Shown: positions 13,006-25,500 of the stretch, in pieces
How the letters are laid out: every line of letters begins with the position of its first letter
Numbering within the stretch: the first letter of the stretch is position 1
Assembly (NCBI GenBank): GCA_013265495.1
Contig: MU058540.1
Span: 1,203,696-1,267,695, forward strand
Reading direction: 5' to 3'
Length of the DNA: 64,000 nucleotides
Source of the DNA: Vicugna vicugna
Lineage: Eukaryota
Notes under the pieces: generated by a model
Told to the model about the DNA's origin: nothing
Databases searched by the model: none
Seen by the model: the letters and a program-made list of their open reading frames with translations, nothing else
Made by a program: the position numbers and the translations under genes

Positions 13006-13049
13006 TAGGTGATTCTCATGTACATCTGAGTTGAGAAGCACTCTAAGAG

Positions 13050-13275
13050 GGCCAGCACATCTGCATGAAAATTTTCTGCAATGATGGAAAAATTCTATTT
13101 GTGCACTAAGATGGTAGCCACTAGCCACGTGTGGCTGTCAAACACCTGAAATGTGGCTAGTGCCGTAGAGGAACTGATGATGATTTTGGGGGGGGGATTG
13201 AATTTTCAACTTTATTTAGTTCTATTTAAATTTAAATAGTCAAATGGCATCGGTGACTACTATAATGGACTGGGG
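13050..13275. mobile_element. MER3-like hAT DNA transposon remnant
   Basis: ttctgcaatgatggaaa...atggtagccactagccacgtgtggct...tgaaatgtggctagtg. Confidence 0.7.
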
Positions 13276-14061
13276 AACCTTAGGTGCCCTGAGTTGTCCC
13301 CATGGTACTCTGCAGTCCCCAAGAGGCACTTAGCACACAGACTACTTAGAGCTGGACGGGTTCTTACTTAGAGAACTCCCTGTCCAGCTGATCTCAACTG
13401 GTATTCCCCACCCCCAGATTCCAGAGAAAGGCTCAGTTACTTTGAATATTGAAAAAAACTGCATTCAAATTGAGCGTTGATTATACCATGCCGATCAGAA
13501 GCTTTACCTAGTAATTAATTGAGTAAAAAGTCAATTTGCTTTCCAATTTTAAAAAATTAACATTTGCAGTTTGTTTGGTAGAAAAATGTCTTTCAAAATG
13601 TGGGGTTCCTTGGATCAAAAAATAAGGGAAGGGTCCCTGAGTGCTGCAGAGGTTAGAAATTGCTAATCTAGTCCAATCCCCTCACTTTGAGGGAGCAAAC
13701 TGACGCGGGGAGAGAACAGGGACCCATGCAAGGTCTCCGGGCTGGAATGGGGCCGGTCAGGACTAAAAGCCAGAGCCCCAGGCTTACGCAAGAAGCCAGT
13801 GTCTGAACAGCGATCTTGTGTCCCAGTGCGTGTGTGTCTGCCCCCCAGGACAGCAATGGTGTCTGCCGCATTCTCTTTGATTGGTGCCCAGACAGGTGGG
13901 GAGATTTAAAAGCCTCTTTGATAATGGTGTCATGGAATAGGTGTTATAGGATAAAAGTAGTGCTCCAGGTGTGCCCCCTGGAACACCTGTGACACAACGT
14001 GGAACTACCTGGAAAGAAGGTCATAAAAACTGCAAATTCTTGGGCCCCATCAGAGACCTAC

Positions 14062-14572
14062 TGTGGTGATCTGGTACATTGGTACTCCCCAACCCCACCT
14101 GGAAACCCCTGCTATTCACACCCTGATGTAGAACCCCCTGACCCCACTGCCTCCTCGCATGGACTCTGAGCTTGGCCATTGACTTGCTTTGGCCAATGAG
14201 CCAATAACAGAAGCAGAGACTTGACAGATAAATGCTCACATATTGCAACTTGTCCTTTTGAAATGTTCGCTCGTGGAGCCCTGAACTGCCATGTAAGTAG
14301 GGCCAGTTACCCTGCTGGAGAGACCATGTTGGGGAGAAGGCAGGGAGGGAGAGGAAGAAGCACCCAGCCAGCGGCAACCCCAGCCTTCTCAGTTGAGGGC
14401 CAGTCATGTGAATGGAGAAGATGGACATTTCAGTCCCAGCTGAGGCCATGTGAAAAAGAGCCACCCAGCCGAACCCAGCCAGCCCACAGAGTCACAAAAT
14501 GTGATAAATCATTGTTGTTTCAAGTCACTCAATTCTGGGGAGCTTTGCTATACAGTGAGAGACAATTGAAAC
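14062..14572 (+). mobile_element. MaLR (MLT1-type) solo LTR interrupting a MER5-like element
   Basis: TG start, gacttgctttggccaat, cccagctgag...ccagcc, ataaatcattgttgtttcaagtcact...; MER5-like halves at about 13960-14060 and 14575-14690. Confidence 0.7.
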
Positions 14573-17500
14573 CTCTGCTGAAACAAAATCTCCATTTTAT
14601 ACGAAACTCCAGAGAATTCTCATGCTTACTAAAGCCTCAGAGCCATCGGTCCATCTGGTAATTCCGCCAGACTGGAGCATGCATTGAGCACCAGTTGTAT
14701 GCCCAGTGGTAAACCTGGTGTGAGCCACTATCAGACTATAGTTGTGAGCATCCTTGTTCGATTTAATTCCCCTGAAACACCAGAGAATAAAATCCAGAGT
14801 CCTCACCATGTCCACAAATCTCTAGCCCCTGCCTGCCCTTCTTTGTTCCTACCTTGTTTACTCCCCTCTCTGCCATCCTTTCATCCACTCACCCACCCAC
14901 CGCCCATTCAGGTTTGGGGTGCCTTCCCACGTGCCAAGCTCACTCCCACTTCAGGATATTTGCCCTTGCTCTCAGGAACACTGTTCCCCCAAATCATCAC
15001 ATGCCTCCATTTCCCCCCCTTTTAGGTCTTTGGTCAAATGTTCTCTCTTCACAGAGGGATTCTAAAATGGCCCCACTCATCCTCTCCACCCCTTCACCCA
15101 CATTATTTTTCTTGATGGTACGGATCACCCTTTGAACTTTTTTTATTAGCTGTGTGTCTCCCCCTTAGGTGTGAAACACCCACAGGGTTATCTCATGGTT
15201 ATCTGCCGTGCCCCAGTGCCGAGAGCAGTGCTGCACATAGTCGGAGCACAGGAGACACTTGTTAAACATATTAAAGACACTAGCATGCGATCTGGTCAGA
15301 TGCTTCACTTCCGACACCAGCGTCATCTTCAAGTTGTTTCACAGGCCAAGTCCCTCAGTCTCATCCTTTTCACACTAATCTCCTGGGGTCTCGTAACAGT
15401 GCAGGTTCTGATCCGGAGGTCTGGGTGGGACCTGAGGTTCTGTATTTCCTACCAGCTCCCAGGTGATGCCCGAGCTGTGGGTCCTGGGACCCAGGCTTTG
15501 AGCAGTGAGGCCTTAACTGCTCTGAGCCTGGGTTTCCACCCCTGTCAGATGGTTCATTGTGGAAAACAAGTGGGTGAAGTGTGTAAAGCACTGTGCACGG
15601 TGCCTGGACTTAGCAGGTACTCAGTAAGTTTGGACTGCCCCTCCTCTGGGGGACTTTCAGGATCTGAAATTTGAAATAGCCGCCAGTTTTTTCCCTTGGA
15701 TCCTCCCGGTCCCCACATGTTGAGTCCCCTACCCAGACCCTCAGCAGAGCCTTGTCCATTTTTTCTCTCTATTGCTCGTCAGCCCCACCTGTCATGCGCA
15801 GGGGTTTGGGGAGGATTCTGGCATTTTGACAGTCATGGGGATGTGATGCAAATGAGAGGCAAAGTAGCAGCTATGAGCCCTGATAGCATTTGCCCGGCAC
15901 TGAGGAACACGTGGGATTACAGCCCGGGTTGGGGTGTGGGCTGGGGAGGGGGCAGTGAATGCTCTTTGGGTTGGGCAAGGAGGCGGTGACAGAAGGGGTC
16001 CACTTCTTCCAGAGGGCACAAGGGCAGCTGCTCTGTGGCCTTGGTGAGGCCCCATCCTCATTTGTAGACTGATCCCACCTGTGGGACTGGCTCATGGTTA
16101 AAGTCCAGGAATAGCGGCTGAGGTTGGGCATGGCGGGGGTTGTCTGTGTGTGGCGTAGGGGGTGTCCCTCGGCCTCTGGGGCCTACAAATAGGAGATTGG
16201 AGGCTGCAGATGGTGATTTTTTCTAGCCCTATTAGCATATACAGAGGAAAGCTGCAACAAAACTGTGGCTGAGGAATGATTTTACCCTGAATGGGGTTCC
16301 ACTTGGGAAGAAGGAAGCCAAGGAGGTAGGAGATAGTTAAAGATGGAGTAGTTTCAAGGGGCACAGGCTGTCCTGACATGGCATAGCCTGTTCCCCATAT
16401 CTTTGCTGGTTTAGGGGACGGGGATCTCTTATCGATGTTAACTTTGACAAAAACAAAGGATATCCCAGTCCTGCCTTCCTCCCTTATAATGCCTCTTGGG
16501 AGCCCTCCCAACAGCAGATGGGGCTGGATCCGCTGACAGGAGGGGTGGGGTGGGGGTGGATGCTCTCTGGGTGACCAAAGGGGTCAGCTTCTCCTACAGA
16601 GCCTGTCTGAGTGTGGGACGGCAGAACTCAGGGGTCTGCCAGGCAGCAGATGGGGTCGGATCCTGCTGACAGAGGTGGCTAGGGGACAGCTGTCTTTGAT
16701 ATCCCTGGATGGAGCTGGCTCTTTGGGAGAAAGATGATCTGGGGCTGGGGGCCGGCAGGCGGGCAGGGGGGCTCTGCTTACAGTACCTGGGAACTCAATC
16801 CCTCCCCACCCCCTAGCTCTCCTGGGAGGCTCTGTTCTCAGGCGCCAGGCATCCCCACCCTCCTGGCCTGGGTGTCCGCCTCTCCCTCTACTGAGGACCT
16901 CCAGGCCTGGGGACACCCAGTGTCAGGCTTCTGGCCCAAGTAGGCCAGGCTGAAGTCACCTCTGAGGTCATTTTGGGGGGTCCAAATGACCCTGTCCTGC
17001 CTTTGATCTAAGGATAAGAAACACTAGCTCTGAAACTCCTAGAAAATGGGAAAATGGACAGCTGTTACTGTGTTTCTCAGTCAGATCTTTCTTAGTGGAA
17101 TCAATGTGGAGTACTGGGAAAAGCTTGGCAGGCAGCAGGTTCAAATCCCAGCCCAGGTGTTTTCTGGCTTTGTCCCTTTGGGCTCAACCTCCAGAGCCCC
17201 TGTTACCTGATCAGTCCTGCGATCCCGCCTGCAAGGCTGCCGCCGTGACAGCCAGAGACGCTGCTGGAGGACCGGAGTTCAGTAAATCCACTAGCTCGCC
17301 GTCACTGAGGGCAGGGCCCTTTTTTACCCACAGCTGTGACCCAGCACCTAGAACAGTCCCTGGCATGTGGTAGGTCCCTAGTTGATATCTGTTGAATGCA
17401 TGAAATGCCCTGTTTCATCTGTATCAAGATGGTTTCCCCCTCCCATTTGGCATCACTGGTATTAGGCTGCTTCATAAAATTTATAGCATGTCTTGTTTTA

Positions 17501-18959
17501 ATTGGCAGCAGACTTAAGACTGAGAGGGTCCTTAGAGGGGATGAAGTATGAAAGAGGCTCATTGTCATTAACAGGCCCTTTTTTGCTTAATTTTTGGTGG
17601 GTTTCCAGTTCTTTCTGATTGTATGTGCCCTCTCTGGGCTGTGTGGGGTCACTGAGAACTGCCTTGGGGCCCAGGGGCTGCAATGATCCCTGCTTGAAGT
17701 CCTTCTGAGGCGGTCCTGGGCTGGGGCCGGCACATCCTGTGGGGCATGCTGTGTGTTCTGGTCCCCGTTCCCCACTTGCTCTATAACCCTCCCAGCCCGG
17801 CCCCACTGGCTGTTGTCCCTCCCAGCCCCTGTCTGAAGTCTGGAATTCCCGATGAGGAGGAGGGGCCCATTTCACTCAATCCTGTCATAATTCCAAGTAC
17901 CAGGACCAGACACCGACCAGGGGTGGGTGGGGATATCTGTGCATCCCCTAGGCCAAGGGTGTCTCCAGGTAGGATCTAGTCTGAACCAGGCAGAAGACTT
18001 TCAGGATGAGGGAGAGGAAGTGGAGGAGGGTGGGCTGTCTTCTCCCACCCCAGTCCCCTTCAGTCTCCCCAGAAGCAGAGCCAAGACACAGTGGGCAGAT
18101 TAGTGCCTAGAGGAGCAGGGGGATGCTCTCCTGGGAAGTGGCTCATTGTTCAGTCCCCTGGTTGGGATACTTGCTTGTGTCACTGATCTCCTCCCACGAG
18201 GGTAGAGCTGGGGACTCGTGTGTACAGCTGTGATTTTGTGTAGGAAAGGTTTGTGTGTTACATGTTCTGGATCCGTGGAGACGTGTGTACACATGTCAAA
18301 GATGTGTGTAAGCTGATATTAGTGTTACAGTTAAGTGTATGTATGTGTGGTGCTTGTTGTTGGGGTACGCATGTGCATGGACACGTGTTGATGTGAATGG
18401 GTCATATGTGTATAGTGCAAGCCTACATGTTTGCTCTGATATGTGACAGCTGTGGGCTGTGGGAGCAGCACCAGAGCTGGAATCACAGGGTCTCACTGCC
18501 AATAACAGGCCCAGGAGCCTTCGATGACCAAACAAGTTGTTCACTGCTGTGGGCCTCAGTTTCCTATCTATAAAATGGGTATGGAATCTCATGGAATGAG
18601 ATTGTAGCTGAGCAACTCACATTCGGCCTGACCCAGAAAAATCTCAAAATCCAAGTTTGGAACTGAGGAATGACCAAATGAGAATAAATGATTCAGCAAG
18701 TAGAAATGTTTTACAGAGCATGGTAAAATTTTAAGGACCTGAGGGAAGTGTGTGGAAAGGTGCAACTGACAATGTCTTACAGGAATGTTGGGAGGCAGGG
18801 TCTTGGGGAGAAAGAGAAGACAGGGCCTGGAGCAGGGACCCACCTGCAGATGGAGGGTGGCCACAGGAGCCTGTGTGCACCGGCACCTCTGGGAAGGTGA
18901 AATGTGTGCATGTAGAAGGCGGGCATACCCTGGTGTACGCGGGAGGGAGGCTGTCTGTG

Positions 18960-19276
18960 TGAGCATTGCCCAGTTGCCATAGAAACCAGCAGAAGGAGGT
19001 GGGTGGCTGGAGAAGGAGGCGGGTCGGGAGGAGGGAGAGGGAGAAGGCGGCGGTGGGGGGCGGGGAGCTGGCTTCTGCAGTTCTGGCGCTGCTGCCTTCC
19101 TGAGCAAGCAGTGGAGAGAACCCGAGAGGACAGAGCCCCCTGCCCGGGCACCAGGCCCCCTCCCCGCCCGCCACTACGGAGAAGGAGGAGGACAGCCAGC
19201 CCCTCCAGCCCTGGCCTGGCCCAGCGGGTACAGTGCCCTCCTACTTGCCCCTGGCTTGGCACCCAGACAGGCCCAG
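18960..19276 (+). promoter_or_regulatory. PACSIN1: Candidate alternative promoter and non-coding first exon of PACSIN1
   Basis: RFX X-box GTTGCCATAGAAAC 18973-18986, GC boxes at 19057-19065 and 19162-19169, local CpG enrichment, strong donor CAG|gtaggc at 19276/19277. Confidence 0.55.
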
Positions 19277-21860
19277 GTAGGCATCCTGATAGGGTCAGCT
19301 TGAAGAGGCTGCGTGGAGAGTGGGGCCCCGAGTTTGCCCCTGCCTTCCTACTAGCAGCACCTGGTAGCAAGCACAGGGCCCAGAGGGGCCAGGGCCAGTG
19401 GGCCTGGTGCGGAGCAGCCAGCCTGGCCCTCTTCAGAATGTGGGTCCTCCTCATCAGGAGGACTGTCTCCCATTACCTTTCCTCCTCTGCACTTCTGACT
19501 CCCTCTCCACCGCCACAGGTCCTGACTGTAGAAATGCTCCTTCCCTGGGCAGAGTGGGCCAAGGGGGCTGGAGCTTCTGAGAACCCACAGTGTGGTTCCT
19601 CCCCAGGCTGAGGCTTGTCGGGGGAGGAAGAAGTGAGATGTCCCGCACCGCTACGCAGGGCATTACCAGGCCCCGGCCAGCTGGAACCAGCAGACCCACC
19701 TCCCACCCCTGACCCCAGCAGCCTCCCTGCTGCCCACCCACCATGGTCTCAGGCACCCGGCTTAGAGCCCCCGTCAGGGAGGAGCCATCTCTTCTCCCCT
19801 GAGCTCAGACCCTTCCCCTCCTCATTCCCCCTGCAGACCTAGTTCCCCCAGATTTCCCAAAGGACCCCTGTCCCAACCCCAGCAAGCCTAGGGTCTCCAT
19901 GTTGGGGTGCAGCAGAGCAGGCCCTGATCAGGTGGGGGAGCCTGTGGCCCTCCCTCCCCCTCTCTCTGTCCCTTTGCTGCATTGCTTCTGGGGACAGACT
20001 CCCGCCGCTGCTGGGGGAGCTCAGGCTCCGCAGAGCAGCCTCTGCCTGCCGCTCAGGAGCAGGTGGGGCTGGGCCTGGGCCGCACTGCCTGGCTCTGGGC
20101 AAGGAGAGGGCAGGAGGGCCTGCAGCAGTGTCCGAGTTGTCCCTGGGACTCAGCTAAAGGGCCTTGGTTAGCGTGGGGAGGAGACCCCACCTGAGGTGGG
20201 AAGGGGTGGGTGTGCAACTTCGGGTGTATCCAGGGCCCCTGGGCCACACAGGGTCTGCCCCCTTCTGCCTCCAGCCCCCCTGAGAGCTTGGCTGTTCCTT
20301 TGCAGGATCCTAGCACCGCACCGTGGAGTGTCCCCTTCCCTGGGCACTTGGGCATGATAGGACTTGGTGCGGGGGCTGAGGAGGGGTCCCCAGGTCTGGG
20401 ATGGGGTTGGGGAATACTTTCTGAGACGCTGATGTGGCTTCATTCACTTCCGCAAATGTTAGTTGCACATGCTGACTGAAGGCAAAGGGGCCTCCCACTT
20501 TAGGGTTAGGGGCTCAGGAGGTGAGTGTGAGCCTCGGGGTGGCAGGAGTAGGGTGAGGGGTGCAGATCTGCCCAGATGCCAGCAGCCAAGTAATGTGCAA
20601 ACAGCGTCACCGTCTGACCCCTGCTTCTCTAAGCCTGGCACCCTCCTGACCAGGGCCTGGGGCCAGCACTGGCATCTGTCCTGCTTCACCTCCTACAGCC
20701 CGGCCTGCCTCAATCCCAGCCGAACAGGGCTAGTGAGGCCTGGAGGGCAGGTTCTTTTCTCCAGAGCTGGAAGGAGCTGTCCCTTTCCCAGATCCTTCAG
20801 GCCTGGTCCTGACCTCCCTGCTCCTGGCCTGCCTTCTCTAGGCTATGTTCCCCATCTCCTTAATTTTTTCTGTCTCATATGTCCCTGGGGTATGTCTTTG
20901 CTTGCTCTCTAATGCTTTGTTGCCCCCAGACTCTGGGGCCGTGAGCCCGCCAGAATGACCTCCCAGGGCACATTTCCCACCCACCCTGTCGCACCAGTGG
21001 GCACACAGCCCAGGGTGCCTGCCCCTGACCCCAGCACCCTTACTTATGTCCGAGAGAGCTGAAGGGAGGCCACAGGAGCACTCAGTCTGGGGCTCTCGGA
21101 CTCCAAGAACAGTTTGGCCACAGGCTGGCCTCTTCTCACATGGCCCCAGTGTAGGAGCTCTGGGGAGAGGAAGGAACATCTCCATTAGCTCTCAGGGCAT
21201 CTCAGGGCACCAAAACTGGGCTCCCATCTCCCTTCAATTGTTCCTCCCACCGTGCTCCCCATCTCAGGAAACAGCTCCCCACCTGCCAGCTGCTTGCTCA
21301 GGCCCAAACCCTGGAGCCATTCTTGACTCCTCCTCCCTCTCACATGCACATCCAAACCATCAACAAATCCCATTGGCCCCACAGTACCCCCAGCCCCACC
21401 CACTTCTCACTGCTCCCAGGATTACCACCTTGGTCTGATCCCCATCTTCCCACACTGGAGGGCTGCAGCTGCCTGCCCCACCATGGTCCACTTTCCCCCC
21501 AGCAGCCAGGGATCCTTTAAAAACCTAAGTCATATCACATCCCACCTCCTTACAAACCCTACATTGGTTCTCATCTCACTTGATGAGGGGGAAAGCCACA
21601 GGCCTCTCTCTGACCTACAAGACCTCATGTTTCTGCATCCTCTCCCAGTCAACCTCCCTGACCTTATCTTTCCCCTCTCCTCTTCACTCACTCTGTTCTA
21701 ACCACGTGGGTCTTATGTTCCTAACCATGGCAGGTGGAGGCCATGCTTCTGCCTCAGGGCCTTTGCACTGGCTGTTCCCTCAGCCAGGATGCTCTCTTTT
21801 CACAGGGGACCTGGAGACCTGGAGGTCCCAAGTGAGGCCCAACCATCATGGAAGGGGGTC

Positions 21861-22241
21861 TCAGCTCTAGCTGCCATCACAAAATACCGTAGATTGGGCA
21901 GCTTAAACAACAGATCTTTCTTTCTCATAGTCTGGAGGCTGGAAGTCCAAGATCAAGGTGCCAGCCTATCTCGTCCTTGGTGAGATCTCTTTTCCTGGCT
22001 TGTAGACAGCCGCCTTCCCGCTGTGTGTTCATGTGGCCTTCCCTCAGTGCAAGTGCCCGGGGAGAGGGAGCCATCTCTCCCCTCCTCTTATTAGGACACC
22101 AATCCTATTAGATTAGGACCTCACCCTTATGCCCTCATTTAATCTTAATTACCTCCTAAAAGTCCTATCTCAAATGCAGTCACTTTCGGGCATAGAGTGT
22201 CAACATATGAATTTGAGGGGGACACAATTCAGTCCTTAGCA
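21861..22241 (-). mobile_element. MaLR (MLT1A/B-type) solo LTR
   Basis: gctgccatcacaaaatacc...gcttaaacaacaga...ctggaggctggaagtccaagatcaaggtg...gggggacacaattcagtcc. Confidence 0.8.
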
Positions 22242-22339
22242 AAGCTCCGTGGGGGTCTTAGCCCTAAAAGGGCAGTCTCCAGATGAGAGGCTGGTTTGAA
22301 AGCTCTGCAGCTATGAGAAGTGTGGGTAATAACACCTGT

Positions 22340-22530
22340 AGTATTAATAACAGTTAACCTGGTGCTTCCTGTGGCTACTCATTTCACCCTCACCCCAACC
22401 CCATGGAGTTAGTAGTATCATCACCTCTGTTTTGCAGATGAGGAAACTGAGGCACAGGGAGTTTAAGCAATTTGCCAAAGTCACACAGCCAGTAAAAAGG
22501 CAGAGCCGAAATTTGAACCTAGTTGTGCTG
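22340..22530. mobile_element. MIR SINE (one of many, e.g. about 8860-9060, 23150-23370, 24720-24880, 32130-32350, 58540-58860, 63650-63830)
   Basis: MIR core ttttgcagatgaggaaactgaggcacagggagtttaagcaatttgccaaagtcacacagc. Confidence 0.75.
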
Positions 22531-25500
22531 TTGGCCCCATGTCAGGGCTCTTAACTAATCTGTTCTTAGTGCTAATCTGGTGGGAGTTGCTGTGCGTGTC
22601 AGGAGAGTGGGCTGCCAGTCTGAAGCAGCAGCACGTGGCTGATGGCAGGGAGTGACTAGGAACCGCACCAGGGTGTGGGGGTGAGGTAGGCAATGGCTGG
22701 GATATTTGTGGTACTGAGCTGGCCCTTGAAGGGAAGCAGGGTTATTTTGGGGAGAGGTGGTCAATGATGGGGAGGATGGCGTGCACCACAGGCAGGAGGG
22801 AAGGTGTGAGCAAAGGAGCAGAGGCTAGAATGAGCTTGGGGTATGCATTGTGGGGAGGGGTGTGCGTGGAAGGACAGCATATTCCAGCTAACCTGGATCC
22901 TTCCAGCTGTATCTGAAGCCTCAGCAGAGGCTGGTGAGAGTCTTCGTGTGGACCCATGTCAGACACAGTGAGCCCATCCATCTCTGGGTGAGGTGAGGAG
23001 CCAGGGAGCTGCTGGGAACGTATGTGGGACCTGAGACCCACTCTGCGTGAGGGGGAGCCAGTTCTGGCATCCCATGGCCCTGCCAGCTGAGCTGGTCCCT
23101 GGGAAGAACATCTTAGGTCAGGAGGGTGGGGGTGACACCCGTGGAGTACTGGCTCTGGACTGGGCACCTGATTCTGTGTCAACAGTCTGGGTCTGCCGCT
23201 GTCTCCTCCCTGATGTGTGACCCTGGACAAGTTATTCAACCTCTCTTGAGTCTCAGAGAAGGCAGGGAAGTCACTGCCCATCTTAATGGATTGTTATAAG
23301 GATTAGAAATAAAGCGTATCAAGAGGCTGGCACATAGTAGGTACTCAACAATGGTTGTAGTTAATACGAAGGGTGAGTGAAGAGAGGGATAACATAACAG
23401 CCCGAGGCTGCTGATCCTCCTCTGTCTGTGCTGCAGGATCCCTGAGGAGGGAGGGCACCATCCTGAGGGCAGAACCATCATGGGGCATCAGGGAGAAAGA
23501 GCCCCTGGACTGGACCCTAGGGGTCGACTAAAAGGAGAGGAAGGAGTCCTGGAAACAGAGGACAGGTGGGATTTGGGACCCACCTCTTATAGGATTCTGG
23601 CTCTTGGTTGTATCACCATGATAATCAACATTTATTGAGCACTGACTGTGTGCAGGTGATTATGTTTGGGTCTAGGGTACAGAATTCAGTGTTTCTGCTA
23701 TTTAATGAATGTTCCAGAAGGTCCTTGGCATTTATTCATTCATTCAATAAATAAGTACCATGCACTTGCTGTGCACCAGGCACAGCTCTGGATGTTGAAA
23801 ATACCACAGAGACTCAGACAAAAGTCGCTAGCCTTGCAGAGTAGACATTCCAGTGGGAAAGGAAGACACTGAGTGTGATGAGTACTGTGCAGTTGAGAGC
23901 CCGTCGTGTGGTGACATGTGCTGCGGAGAAAGATAAAGTGAGGAAAGGGAGAAGAGGGAGGGCCAGGGTTGCAAGTTGAAATGAGGGGAGGTCAGGACAT
24001 TTGAGCAGAAATCTCAGTGTAGGGGTGGTGTGGAGAACCATTCCTAGCAGGTGCAAAGGCCCTGGGGTTAGAATGGCAAGGAAGTCAGTGTAGCTGGCGG
24101 AGAGTGAGAATGGCAGGAGGTGAGAACAGAGGAGTGAGGGGTGGGACAGCAGGTCATGCAGGGCCTCCTGGCAAGGAACTGGACTTTTACTTGGTAGAAA
24201 TGGGGAACCCTGGTAGGAATCTGAATAGCACACTGGCAGGGTTGAACTTAGCTTTGACCAGTTTCCCTCTGGCTGCTGCATAGGGAGGAGACTGGGCAGG
24301 GGCCGTAGGGGTAGCACAGGTGGGCCTACCCTCTCTGGGCTTGTGCTTTTAATTCCTCTGTCCTGTCTCTAAGTCGGGGGTCAACAGAACACCTTTCACC
24401 CTGGGGCTCCTTTCTCCCTAAAGGCAAGGTCAAGGCCAGCACTGAAACTTCAGCTTTCCATAGTAGTCTGTGTTTTTCAAAAAGAGCTTATTACCCTTTT
24501 ATCATTTGATCTTCAAAACTCAGCTATTGTTTCCCCATCAGATGAGTTAGAAAACTGAGACCCCCATGATGAGACTCAGCTGTGTCTCCCTAGTGAGTGG
24601 TAGAGCTGGAGCCGGCTCTGCCTGGCACCTTCCCCAGCGCTACAGAAGAGGGGGCCCACCCTGATCTGGGATTCCCACCCCCATGACAGTGACAGAGGTG
24701 ACGAATCAATAGTGAGATCTGACAGGCTCTTTCAGTCATGTCTCAGCCCCTGGGCTCTCATCTGCAGTGGAGGGGTAATAAGAGCCCCACTCACAGGGCT
24801 GTGATGAAGATGAGATGAATTAAGACATGTGAACAGTCCTTGGCACCGAGTATGTGCTCCCTAAATACCAGCTATTGTTATTAATGATTAAGGGCTTGCA
24901 GGGCTGCGGTAGCAGTACCACCACCAGTGAGGGGAGTTGGATGGCGCTATGCCCATGTGATGGGCTGGGGAAAGCTAGGGGCCTGTCAGGTTCATCCACC
25001 AGGAGCCGCAGGTTCCGGCCACACCTGCTTCCTAACTCTGAGATGCGGTGCTGTGAGCGGAAGCAGCTATTGACCACCATTCAGGAAAGACCTGGCATTT
25101 GTCAGCATTGAACCTCCCACCTGCCCCCTGGGTGGGGGTGTGAGGCCGATTTGGAGGAGGTAGGGGCAGGGCGGGCTGGTGGGTCTGGCCATGTGGTGAT
25201 GAGGGGCCCACATGCCCCCTCCCATCTCCCCTCCCTAACACTGCCTGCCTAGCTTCCTGAGCCACCTTTGTGGGGGTCTCTCCCTGGGTTACAGTGGGCT
25301 GGACCCTCACTGTCTCATCTCATCCTTAAATCAGGTTGCCTCATCTCCGTTTCACAGCAAGGCCCAGCAAGGCCATGTGAATTGCCCAGCGTCACACAGC
25401 AATTTGGCAGCTGAGCAGGGATCCAAGGCTAGAGCTATTTCTACTACACATGCTACTTTCAGCTGGAAGCCAGGGAGTACCTGCCTGCACCCAGCAGGGG

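Noticed and set aside
18589..19611. Overlapping long ORFs of 147-225 aa on both strands
   Set aside because: Low-complexity Pro/Gly/Arg/Ser translations of GC-rich promoter-like DNA with no recognisable domain; several use non-ATG starts.
24881..24891. HNF1-like TTAATGATTAA
   Set aside because: Lies in the AT-rich tail of a MIR, lacks the terminal G/C of the consensus and has no supporting motifs.
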